From assembly GCA_963707575.1 (NCBI GenBank), contig OY970171.1:290743-354742 (forward strand): a stretch of 64,000 nucleotides of DNA, read 5' to 3'. Below are positions 56,119-64,000 of the stretch, in pieces. Under the pieces are notes generated by a model. The model saw nothing but the letters and a program-made list of their open reading frames with translations. It ran no database searches and was not told where the DNA came from. Position 1 is the stretch's first letter. The number at the start of each line of letters is the position of its first letter. Made by a program: the position numbers and the translations under genes. The stretch is from an uncultured Gaiellaceae bacterium. Its GTDB lineage: Bacteria > Actinomycetota > Thermoleophilia > Gaiellales > Gaiellaceae.

Positions 56119-57564
56119 TCAGTCGGCCTGCGCCCCCGCGGGCTCCCCGATCGCGCCTTCGCCGCCGTGCTCGGGCGCGTAGGCACCGGCGCGCAGGAGC
56201 GTGCCGCCGATCACGGCCGCGGCTGCTGCGAACAGGGCTCCGAGGAGGAAGGCCGCGTGGTAGCCGGTCGTCAGCGCCTCCAGCGAGTCGCCGTTCGTGC
56301 GGGCCGCGGCGACGCTCGCCAGGACGGCGAGGCCGAGCGCACCGCCCATCATGAACGACGTGTTGACGACTCCCGACGCCAGCCCGGCCTCGCTCGGCTC
56401 CACGTCGCTCATGGCTGCGAGGAGCACCGGGTTGAACGCCATCCCGGCGCCGAGCCCGAGCAGGATCATGCTCGGCAGCACGTCGATCACGAAGTTCCCG
56501 TCCACCGGGGCGCGAGCGAACAGCAGCAGGCCCAGGGCCGCGATCATCAGCCCGGTGAACAGCGGCGGCCTGAAGCCGAAGCGCATCACGAGCTTCGCGG
56601 AGAGGCCCACTGAGAGGATGCCCATGATCAGGTTGCCCGGCAGGAAGGCGAGGCCGACCTGCAGGGGGCTGTAGCCGAGCACGAGCTGGAGGTAGAGCGC
56701 CGAGAGGAAGAACCACGCGAACATGGCCGCGGCCCAGAGGATGCCGACGACGTTGGAGACCGCGACGTTGCGCAGCCGGAAGAGGCCGAGGGGCATGAGC
56801 GGGGACGGGACGCGCGACTCGATCACGAGGAAGACCCCCAGCAGCAGCGCCGAGACGCCGAGGAGCCCGAGCGTCTGGGCGGACGTCCACCCTTCCTGGT
56901 TGCCGTTCACGATCGCGTAGACCGCCAGCATGAGCGAGGCCGTGATGGTGACAGCGCCCGCAATGTCGAGACGCGCATCCGGGGTGACCACAGGAGCCGC
57001 CGGCACGAGCTTCAGCGTCAGGACGACGACGAGCACACCGACCGGCACGTTGACGAGGAAGATCCAGTGCCAGTTGAGGATGTCGGTCAGGATGCCGCCG
57101 AGAATCACCCCCATGCTGCCGCCGCCCGAGGCGACGAAGCCGAAGATGCCCATCGCCTTGGCGCGTTCGCCCGCCTCCGTGAACAGCGTCATCATCAGCG
57201 AGAGCGCGACCGCGGAGACGACGGCGGCGCCGAGGCCCTGTACGGCTCGCGCCCCGACCAGCAGCTCTTGCGAGTTGGCGAGGCCGCAGGCGAGCGAGGC
57301 CGCCGTGAAGAGCGCCGTGCCGATGATGAAGAGGCGCCGATGCCCGAAGAGGTCGCCCAGCCGCCCGCCGAGGAGCAGGAAGCCTCCGAAGGTGAGCAGG
57401 TACGCGTTCACGATCCAGGCGAGCGACGTCTCGGAGAACCCGAGGTCCTCGCGGATCGACGGCAGCGCGACGCCGACGATCGAGACGTCCAGGACGATCA
57501 TCAGGTCCCCAAGGCAGAGGACGTACAGCGCGAGCCAGCGGGTGCGGCTGTCCAGGTTGCTCAT
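56119..57564 (-). CDS. MFS transporter, DHA2 (EmrB/QacA, 14-TM) drug:H+ antiporter type
   Basis: 481 aa. Motifs: LDVSIVGVALPSI, GGRLGDLFGHRR. Confidence 0.9.
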   Translation of the reverse strand: MSNLDSRTRWLALYVLCLGDLMIVLDVSIVGVALPSIREDLGFSETSLAWIVNAYLLTFGGFLLLGGRLGDLFGHRRLFIIGTALFTAASLACGLANSQELLVGARAVQGLGAAVVSAVALSLMMTLFTEAGERAKAMGIFGFVASGGGSMGVILGGILTDILNWHWIFLVNVPVGVLVVVLTLKLVPAAPVVTPDARLDIAGAVTITASLMLAVYAIVNGNQEGWTSAQTLGLLGVSALLLGVFLVIESRVPSPLMPLGLFRLRNVAVSNVVGILWAAAMFAWFFLSALYLQLVLGYSPLQVGLAFLPGNLIMGILSVGLSAKLVMRFGFRPPLFTGLMIAALGLLLFARAPVDGNFVIDVLPSMILLGLGAGMAFNPVLLAAMSDVEPSEAGLASGVVNTSFMMGGALGLAVLASVAAARTNGDSLEALTTGYHAAFLLGALFAAAAAVIGGTLLRAGAYAPEHGGEGAIGEPAGAQAD

Positions 57565-57679
57565 CTCATCACCTCTCGGGCTGGTGTGTTCGGTTCATGA
57601 AGCGTTAGACGGCCTTGCGGGCGTGAACTCATCGGTGCTGCGCCGATGAGTTTCGTCCAGGCCCGAGGTCTTGTTTGGG

Positions 57680-57970
57680 ATGGCTACGCCAGCGCCGCAC
57701 GCGGTCCACTTTGCGATCCGCGGCCCGATCGACCGCACCGACGTTCCCGGGCTGTGCGACCGCGTGTGCGCACTGCTGCGCGAGAGCGGCACCAGCCTCG
57801 TCCTGTGCGACGTGAGCGGCGTCGAGCCGAGCGTCGTCACGGTCGACGCACTGGCGCGGCTTCAGCTCGGCGCGCAGCGGAGCGGCTGCCGGATCCGCCT
57901 GCGCAACGCGTCGAGCGCGCTCCGTGAGCTCGTCGCCTTCATGGGGCTCGGCGACGTCCTGCCGGAGTAG
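57680..57970 (+). CDS. STAS domain protein (anti-sigma-factor-antagonist-like)
   Basis: About 96 aa with a STAS-like pattern (...LVLCDVSGVE.SVVTVDALARLQL...LRNAS..LRELVAFMGL). The track ORF starts at TTG 57671; ATG 57680 is preferred. Confidence 0.65.
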   Translation: MATPAPHAVHFAIRGPIDRTDVPGLCDRVCALLRESGTSLVLCDVSGVEPSVVTVDALARLQLGAQRSGCRIRLRNASSALRELVAFMGLGDVLPE

Positions 57971-57978
57971 CGGCCCTC

Positions 57979-58992
57979 CTAGACGGCGAACTGCAGCGGC
58001 AGGCCGAAGAGCGGGAAGACGGCCTCGGTGTCCAGGAAGAAGGTGAAACCGACGATCTTGCCCCGCTCGAGCTCGAGCACCTGAAGCGCCCACGGCACGT
58101 GGCCCTCGCCGTCGGGGTTCGGCTTGTACTGCCCGAACGCCGGTGACCCGTTGGCCGTGACCGTGGGGATCACCCGCGAGTCGCGGCAGCCGGCGCCCGG
58201 GCCTACCCACCAGGCGAGGATGTCGTCGCGCCCGCTCACCCACAGCGCGAACGGCGGCATCGACTGCGTCGCGTCCTCGTGGATCAGCGACGTGAGCGCC
58301 TCCATGTCGTAGCGCTCGAACGCCTCCACGTAACGCGCCAGCAGCTCGGCGTCCGCCTCGTCCAGTGACGTCGTTCCCGGGCTCAGGTCGCTCGCCTCCA
58401 GGGTCGCGCGCGCCCTCTGCAGGGCGCTGTTGACCGAGGCGACGCTCGTCTCCAGGAGCTCGGCCACCTCCGCCGCCTTCCAACGCAGGACCTCGCAGAG
58501 GATCAGGACGGCACGCTGCCGGGGCGGCAGGTGCTGGAGCGCAGCCACGAACGCCAGCCGGATCGTCTCGCGCGCGACCGCCACCTCCGCCGGATCACCC
58601 TCGGCAGGGACGACGCGGGCATCGGGCATCGGCTCGATCCACGTCACCTCGGGCAGCGTCGGGCCCGGCTCGAGGGCGCCGGAGCTCGCCGGGCCGAGGT
58701 CCATCGGGAGCGCGCGGCGCTTCCTCCCCTCCAACATGTCGAGACAGACGTTGGTCGCGATGCGGTAGAGCCAGGAGCGCAGCGCCGCCCGGCCTTCGAA
58801 GCGGTCGTAGCTCCGCCAGGCCCGCACCATCGTCTCCTGCACGGCGTCCTCCGCCTCGAAGGAGGAGCCCAGCATCCGGTAGCAGTAGCCGGTCAGCTCC
58901 GAGCGGTACTGCTCGAGCTTGAGCTCCAGCTCTCGGGATCCGCCTCGCGCCGCGGTCTCGGGCGCGTCGGCTGTCGCTTCGAGGTCGGTCAC
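57979..58992 (-). CDS. ECF-type sigma factor with C-terminal SnoaL/NTF2-like extension (SigG/SigJ-like)
   Basis: 337 aa. Region 2 ([22 protein letters not shown]), region 4 ([36 protein letters not shown]), then a ~130-aa SnoaL-like tail. Confidence 0.85.
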   Translation of the reverse strand: MTDLEATADAPETAARGGSRELELKLEQYRSELTGYCYRMLGSSFEAEDAVQETMVRAWRSYDRFEGRAALRSWLYRIATNVCLDMLEGRKRRALPMDLGPASSGALEPGPTLPEVTWIEPMPDARVVPAEGDPAEVAVARETIRLAFVAALQHLPPRQRAVLILCEVLRWKAAEVAELLETSVASVNSALQRARATLEASDLSPGTTSLDEADAELLARYVEAFERYDMEALTSLIHEDATQSMPPFALWVSGRDDILAWWVGPGAGCRDSRVIPTVTANGSPAFGQYKPNPDGEGHVPWALQVLELERGKIVGFTFFLDTEAVFPLFGLPLQFAV

Positions 58993-59014
58993 CCACCGAA
59001 GGGTACCGGGCCGT

Positions 59015-59046
59015 GCTCCCCGGCCGACGTGTTCCGGCCGGGGAGC
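59015..59046 (-). terminator. GC-rich hairpin downstream of the FtsX-type permease gene
   Basis: Perfect 12-bp stem GCTCCCCGGCCG / CGGCCGGGGAGC with an 8-nt loop, 12 nt after the stop codon. Confidence 0.5.
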
Positions 59047-59057
59047 AGCCTGTCGCC

Positions 59058-61613
59058 CTACTCGTACTGGAGGGCCTCCAGCACGTTCAGCCTCGACGCA
59101 CGCCGTGCCGGCAGGATCGCGGCCAGCATCCCCGCCAGGATCGCGACGAAGACGAAGACTGCGAGCGTCCCGGCCGGCACCGACAGAACGATCCCGTAGT
59201 CGGAGAGGGCCAGCGTCGTGATGAACGCCAGGAACAGCCCGACGGCGATTCCGAGTGCCGCCCCGATCAACGCGGTGACGATGCTCTCGTGCCGGATCAT
59301 CCTGCGCACCTGGCGGCGGGTCATGCCGATCGCCCGCAGCATCCCCAGCTCGCGTGTTCGCTCGAAGACCGAGAGCACGAGCGTGTTGATGACGCCGAAC
59401 AGGCTGACGATGACGGACAGCCCGAGCAGGACGTAGAGCACGTTCAGCGTCGTCGTCAGCTCGGCGAGCTGACCGTCCTTGAACTCGTCGCGCGTCTCGA
59501 CCGAGACGTCGGGGAACGCGACGAGCGCCTGCTCGAGCCTGGCGGTGTTCGCGTCGGACGGGCCGCCGCTGATGTTCAGCAGCGTCAGCTCGTTGTCGTG
59601 ATTCGTGAACGCGTCGTCGAAGGTCTCCTTGGAGATCGTCACGCCGTCGCTGAAGGGGGAGCCGCCCTTCGGCTCGTCGAAGACTCCCTCGATCTGCAGC
59701 TCGAGCGTCTGCCCCGCCGGCGTCTCGACGGTGATGGGGGAGCCGACCTTCAGCCCGTTCTCCTCGGCGTAGCGGTCGGTGACGAACGCGCCGTCGCGGC
59801 CGAGCCTGCCGGGCACAGTGGTGGAGCCCTCCGTCCAGGCCATCTCGACGGTCCTGCTGAGGTTGCGGTCGACGCCCGTGACGTGGATCGCGTCGCCGTT
59901 GCGCTTGGCGTCGGCACCGCGGATCTCGGAGACCACGGTCCCCGGCTCACCGGCCACGGTCTCCGCGGCCTGGCTCGACACCTTCTCGGCGTCGGCCGTG
60001 AGTGCATAGTCGGCCACGAAGAGCTCGTTCACGGCACTCGTGAACGACGTGCGCACGCCCTGGCCGAGCACAGCGACGAAGGTGATCAGGGCCAGCCCGA
60101 TCATCACTGCAGCCGCGGTGGAGGCGGTGCGGGTCGGGTTCCGCACCGCGTTCTGGCGTGCCAGCGCGCCGGCGGTGCCGCCGAGCCGCGCGCCGGGGGC
60201 TCCCAGCACGAAGGCAAGCGGACGCACCACGCGTGAGGCGACCATCGACACGCTCACGAAGAGCAGCAGCACGCCGAGCACGAGCGCGACGATGCGCACG
60301 ATCGTCTCGAGCCCACTCGCGAACACGCCGTAGGAGAAGAGCGCGAGCGCGGCCACGAAGACGACCGCGGACACGCGCACCGCATAGCGCGCGAAGCGCG
60401 ATGCAGGCATGACGGCGCCCTCGCGAACCGCCGCGATCGGCGGGATCCGGGTCGCGCGAACTGCGGGCCGAAGGCTCGCCAGGAGCGCGATCAGCGTCCC
60501 GACGGCGAGGCTGACGATGATCGTCCGGGGCGCGAAGACGAGCCCGCCACTTGGCAGCTCGATCCCCAGCGTCTCCAAGAGCGCCATCAGCCCCACGGCG
60601 ATGCCGAGCCCGAGGAAGAGGCCCAGCAACGAGCCGACGATCCCGATTGCCACCGACTCGAGCACCACCGAGCGGAGCACCTGGCCCCGCGAGGCGCCGA
60701 GCGTCCGCAGCGTGGCGAGCTCGCGCATCCGTTGCGCGACGGTGATCGCGAGCGTGTTCGCGATCACGAAGCTGCCGACGAAGAGCGAGATCCCGCCGAA
60801 GCCGAGCAGGACGTACTTGATGATGTCCATGCCCTCCTGGGTCTCCTTGCTGTCCGCGGCCGCCTGGGCCTCCGCGCCCTGGACCTGCGTCGTCTCGGAG
60901 AGGAGCGGCTGGATCTGGGTCACGAGCTCGGCCTCCGAGACGCCGGGATCGGCGCCGACACGGATCAGGTCGAACTTGGCCCGCTTGTCGAACAGCTTCT
61001 GGGCGGTGCCGAGATCGAAGACGGAGATGGACGACCCGCCGAGCGAGTCGGCCGCGCCGAACGTGACGATCCCGGTGATCCGGTACTGGTCGACTGCGCC
61101 GCTGCCGAACGCCCCCACCGTCTGCCCGACGGTGAAGTCCTGCTTCTCGGCGGTCGCCTTGTCGATCGCGATCTCGCCGTCGCCGCTGGGCCAATCGCCC
61201 TGGGCGAGCTCGAGCGGGTTCAGGCTCTGGTCGGCCGAGGCCTCGACCCCCCAGGCGATACCGCTACCGGCCTTGCCGATCGGCGTTCCGTCCTTGTCGA
61301 CCAGTCTGGCCTCGTCCTCGATCGAGCCCTGCGCGACGCGAACGCCCGGCAGGGTCTCGACCTCGCGCAGGACGGCGGCCGAGAAGGCCGGTGCCTCCGT
61401 CTCGCCGTCGTCGGTCTCGATCGCCTGCTTCGAGCTGATGATCGCGTCCGTCGCTGCGTAGGACTCGTCGTAGACGCTGTCGAAGCTCTTGCTCAACGTG
61501 TCGGTGAGCACGTAGCTGCCGCTGATCATCGCGACGCCGAGCACGATCGCAAAGCCGGTCAGGATAGCGCGCAGCTTGCGGCCGAGCAACCCTTTGAGCG
61601 CGACCCCGATCAT
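59058..61613 (-). CDS. ABC transporter permease, FtsX/MacB-type (two FtsX modules, 851 aa)
   Basis: N-terminal TM, large extracytoplasmic domain and FtsX 3-TM bundle, all duplicated. Motifs: [15 protein letters not shown] and [15 protein letters not shown]. Confidence 0.9.
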   Translation of the reverse strand: MIGVALKGLLGRKLRAILTGFAIVLGVAMISGSYVLTDTLSKSFDSVYDESYAATDAIISSKQAIETDDGETEAPAFSAAVLREVETLPGVRVAQGSIEDEARLVDKDGTPIGKAGSGIAWGVEASADQSLNPLELAQGDWPSGDGEIAIDKATAEKQDFTVGQTVGAFGSGAVDQYRITGIVTFGAADSLGGSSISVFDLGTAQKLFDKRAKFDLIRVGADPGVSEAELVTQIQPLLSETTQVQGAEAQAAADSKETQEGMDIIKYVLLGFGGISLFVGSFVIANTLAITVAQRMRELATLRTLGASRGQVLRSVVLESVAIGIVGSLLGLFLGLGIAVGLMALLETLGIELPSGGLVFAPRTIIVSLAVGTLIALLASLRPAVRATRIPPIAAVREGAVMPASRFARYAVRVSAVVFVAALALFSYGVFASGLETIVRIVALVLGVLLLFVSVSMVASRVVRPLAFVLGAPGARLGGTAGALARQNAVRNPTRTASTAAAVMIGLALITFVAVLGQGVRTSFTSAVNELFVADYALTADAEKVSSQAAETVAGEPGTVVSEIRGADAKRNGDAIHVTGVDRNLSRTVEMAWTEGSTTVPGRLGRDGAFVTDRYAEENGLKVGSPITVETPAGQTLELQIEGVFDEPKGGSPFSDGVTISKETFDDAFTNHDNELTLLNISGGPSDANTARLEQALVAFPDVSVETRDEFKDGQLAELTTTLNVLYVLLGLSVIVSLFGVINTLVLSVFERTRELGMLRAIGMTRRQVRRMIRHESIVTALIGAALGIAVGLFLAFITTLALSDYGIVLSVPAGTLAVFVFVAILAGMLAAILPARRASRLNVLEALQYE

Positions 61614-62383
61614 GGCGCCGCCACCTCCTCCAGCGCCGCGAGGATCTCGTGCGTCGTCGAGGGCCCCACGTCCTTGACGATCTGGCCGTCGGCGAGGAAG
61701 AGGATGCGATCGGCAATCGCCGCCGCGTGCGGATCGTGCGTGACCATCACGGTCGTCTGGCCGTAGCCGTCGACGGACTCGCGCAGGAGCGAGAGGATCT
61801 CCGTCCCGGTACGCGAGTCCAGGTTGCCGGTCGGTTCGTCGGCGAACATCACCGTCGGCTTCGAGACGAGGGCCCGAGCGATCGCGACGCGCTGCTGCTG
61901 GCCGCCGGAGAGCTCCGAGGGCCGGTGGGTGAGCCGGTCCTTGAGCCCGACCGTCGTCGTCAGCTCGTCGAGCCAGGCCGGATCCACCTTCTCACCGGCG
62001 ATCGAGAGCGGCAGGACGATATTCTCCTTCGCGCTCAGCATCGGCAGCAGGTTGAAGAACTGGAAGATGAAGCCGATGTGTTCGCGCCGCAGTTTCGTCA
62101 GCTGCGTGTCGTTCAGCTCCCCGAGCGCCGTCCCGGAGATCCAGACGGCGCCTTCGGTCGGCTTGTCGAGGCCGGCGAAGATGTGCATCAGCGTCGACTT
62201 GCCGGACCCCGACGGGCCCATGACGGCGGTGAGCTTGCCGCTCAGCACCTCCACCGAGACGCCGCGCAGAGCGTCGACGGCGGTCTCGCCCTCCCCGTAG
62301 CGCCTGGTGATGCCCGCGCCTGCGACGACCGGGACGGAACGTGCCGGCGCCTGCTGATCGCTCTGGACGACAACCGATCTCAT
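61610..62383 (-). CDS. ABC transporter ATP-binding protein (MacB/LolD-type)
   Basis: Walker [10 protein letters not shown], signature [15 protein letters not shown], Walker [13 protein letters not shown]. Start at ATG 62383 preceded by GGAAGGGGAG. Confidence 0.9.
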   Translation of the reverse strand: MRSVVVQSDQQAPARSVPVVAGAGITRRYGEGETAVDALRGVSVEVLSGKLTAVMGPSGSGKSTLMHIFAGLDKPTEGAVWISGTALGELNDTQLTKLRREHIGFIFQFFNLLPMLSAKENIVLPLSIAGEKVDPAWLDELTTTVGLKDRLTHRPSELSGGQQQRVAIARALVSKPTVMFADEPTGNLDSRTGTEILSLLRESVDGYGQTTVMVTHDPHAAAIADRILFLADGQIVKDVGPSTTHEILAALEEVAAP

Positions 62384-62431
62384 CGCTCTGCTCCCCTTCC
62401 ACGTGGCCCAGCGCGAAGGCGCGGGATCCTG

Positions 62432-62505
62432 CTTCCACGCTCCCACCCGCGGCGCCCGCGCGGAAGGCGGGTATCTGGCGGTTCGAGGGGCGGGTTTTCT
62501 GGTGT
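62432..62505 (-). promoter_or_regulatory. conserved upstream module, copy 2, upstream of the MacB-type ABC operon
   Basis: Minus strand: ACACCAGAAAACCCGCCCCTCGAACCGCCAGATACCCGCCTTCC-N22-CGTGGAAG. Starts 5 nt after the hydrolase-2 stop. 48 nt separate it from the ATG. Confidence 0.6.
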
Positions 62506-62510
62506 CTCGG

Positions 62511-63833
62511 CTACCCGCCGAGGAGCGCGCCGTCGAGGAAGTCGACGACGCGGCGCTCGTACTCGGCGGGCCGTACGTCGATGCCGCCCGTGTGCTCGGC
62601 CCCGGGCACCTTCCAGATCGACTTGGGCTCGCCGGCGGCGGCGAAGTACTTCGGCTGCCTGACGTCTTCGCCGCCCATCCCCGGCTCCGTGTAGATCAGG
62701 AAGACGGAGCGCGGTGCGATCCGGCCGATGCGGTCGACGATGCGGGGCGGCGGCGCGTGGTTCGCGAAGACGGTCGCCGCGGAGCGCATCACGACCTGGA
62801 GCGGCGCGAACACGATGCCCTCCGGCCCGGGCACATCGGCGTCGCCGAGCGGGAAGCCGGCTCCCTCCGAGACGACCGCCTTGAAGGCATCGGACTCCGC
62901 CGCGGCCACGAGCAGGATCTCACCGCCGACCGACGAGCCGAAGCCGCCGATCCGGTCGGGATCCACATCGGACCGGCCCTGCAGGTACTCGGCGCCCGCG
63001 ATCAGGTCGCGGTCGCCGGCCCAGCGGACGAGATCGCCTTCGCTCCCGCCCTGCCCGCGCGGATCGAGCAGCAGCACGCCGTACCCGTTCCGAGCCAGCA
63101 TCCGCGCCTCCTTGACCGCTGAGGCACCGGGGAAGACGACGACCGCGGCGCGGTTCTTGGAGGGAACGTAGGTCGCCGTGAGCTCGAGCGAGTCGCTCGT
63201 CGTGATCGTGACCGTCTCGTGCGGCAGGCCGATCGGATCCGCCGGCGCCGTACGGCCGATGTGGGTGTAGCCGTACGCGAAGGCGATGGGGAAGACCACG
63301 AGGACCAGGATCGCCAGCGCCGCGACTGCGCCGACGACCGTCGCCAGCGCGCGACGCGCCAAGCGGCGCCGCCGCGACCCGCCGCGCTTGCGCGCCTTCC
63401 AGAGCGTGACCGGCCCGGTCCCGATCAGGATCGCGCCCGCCGCGATCGCGAGCAGGCCGGTGTAGTGGGCGCCCTCGGCACTGCCGTCGAGCACGTAGTA
63501 GGCGCCCGGGAAGCCGACGGCGATCCCGAGCGCGCCGAACGTCATCGCGGTCGCGGCACGCAGCCACGCCGGCAGCCGCGGGTAGGCGGCGGCGACGCCC
63601 AGCAGGATCGCAACGGGGATGAGCCCGCTCGCCAGGTGGTCCGCGCCGGAGGTCCCGGGCTGGGGTTGCAGATAGTTCTCGTCGACCACGTGGAGCGCTA
63701 TCGCACCGAGCGCGAGCCGCACCAGGCCGATCTCCGTACGCGCGAAAGCGGCCGCTCGGGAGAGCCCGCTGCGCCACGCTACTCCGGATGCGCTGCTAGC
63801 GTCGGGCGGATTCGCGAGCGAGTGGTCGGTCAT
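62511..63833 (-). CDS. membrane-anchored alpha/beta hydrolase (paralog 2)
   Basis: Collinear with 47377..48675: LHVVDENYLQPQPG vs LHLVDDAFLQPEPG, LLLDPRGQGGSEGD, GSSVGGE, and C-terminal EYERRVVDFLDGALL. ATG 63833; an alternative GTG lies at 63845. Confidence 0.8.
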   Translation of the reverse strand: MTDHSLANPPDASSASGVAWRSGLSRAAAFARTEIGLVRLALGAIALHVVDENYLQPQPGTSGADHLASGLIPVAILLGVAAAYPRLPAWLRAATAMTFGALGIAVGFPGAYYVLDGSAEGAHYTGLLAIAAGAILIGTGPVTLWKARKRGGSRRRRLARRALATVVGAVAALAILVLVVFPIAFAYGYTHIGRTAPADPIGLPHETVTITTSDSLELTATYVPSKNRAAVVVFPGASAVKEARMLARNGYGVLLLDPRGQGGSEGDLVRWAGDRDLIAGAEYLQGRSDVDPDRIGGFGSSVGGEILLVAAAESDAFKAVVSEGAGFPLGDADVPGPEGIVFAPLQVVMRSAATVFANHAPPPRIVDRIGRIAPRSVFLIYTEPGMGGEDVRQPKYFAAAGEPKSIWKVPGAEHTGGIDVRPAEYERRVVDFLDGALLGG

Positions 63834-63837
63834 CCCG

Positions 63838-63910
63838 ATCCACACTCGCAGCCCTGCTCGCCGGGTGGAAGGCGGGAGACCGCCCGTTCACGGGTACGGG
63901 TTTCTGGTGT
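63838..63910 (-). promoter_or_regulatory. conserved upstream module, copy 3, upstream of hydrolase paralog 2
   Basis: Minus strand: ACACCAGAAACCCGTACCCGTGAACGGGCGGTCTCCCGCCTTCC-N22-TGTGGAT. Only 4 nt separate it from ATG 63833. Confidence 0.6.
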
Positions 63911-64000
63911 GTTGGCATCGACGGCACCGGGCCGGGCGCGCGCAGCCGCTCGCGGCGCTTGCGCGCGCGCAGCCACTCCGCCCCGAAGTAGCTCCCGATC

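Noticed and set aside
47377-63845. The efflux-rich region as a horizontally acquired genomic island.
   Set aside because: I saw no integrase, transposase, tRNA border, flanking direct repeats of att type, or obvious compositional shift by eye. It is treated as a chromosomal regulon instead.
63917-64000. Possible 3' end of a further minus-strand gene at the window edge (frame reading ...IGSYFGAEWLRARKRRERLRAPGPVP...).
   Set aside because: Only about 28 codons are visible and the family is unrecognisable. That frame would run through the conserved module into the hydrolase gene before stopping, so the frame and stop cannot be established from this window.

Overview
Very GC-rich bacterial chromosomal segment (about 70% or more by eye, not computed). 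Gene content and codon style look like a high-GC Actinomycetota-like organism; the taxon is inference only. I call about 55 genes. They are tightly packed, with many 4-nt stop/start overlaps (ATGA/GTGA). No rRNA, tRNA, CRISPR array, transposase, integrase or phage genes were recognised.

Housekeeping content:
- A butyryl-CoA/beta-oxidation set: acyl-CoA dehydrogenase, 3-hydroxybutyryl-CoA dehydrogenase and thiolase.
- A PduO-type corrinoid adenosyltransferase.
- A complete trpE-G-D-(C/F fusion)-B-A operon.
- A polar amino-acid ABC importer.

Main points of interest:
1. An ~8.1 kb gene encodes a ~2,700-aa secreted protein. It combines a VHL-beta-like domain, TolB-type propellers, two arrays of near-identical 15-bp repeats encoding (PIDNF)n, a PPC domain and a gingipain (C25)-like Cys-protease domain. 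It lies divergent to a tandem-cyclase/AAA/TPR regulator and next to cNMP-binding proteins, including an MFS-cNMP fusion.
2. A conserved ~73-nt upstream module occurs three times. It precedes an MMPL-hydrolase operon, a paralogous hydrolase and a MacB-type ABC exporter, all beside a NarL-type two-component system. This is a candidate envelope/efflux regulon.
3. A translationally coupled ECF sigma / 84-aa protein / cyclodeaminase-like / intracellular S8 protease / GAF operon has no recognisable anti-sigma factor.
4. A membrane-anchored TIMP/NTR-like protein has a signal peptide that is only encoded if translation starts at a CTG overlapping the thiolase stop codon.
5. A secreted S8 protease ends in 13 SWTSA repeats written with scrambled synonymous codons.
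6. A 166-bp near-perfect palindromic element sits between convergent genes and supplies both stop codons.
7. Two adjacent genes (corA, ydeI-like) are each broken by a +1 insertion in a G/C homopolymer run.

All functional calls come from recognising the translated ORFs by eye. No database search was run.
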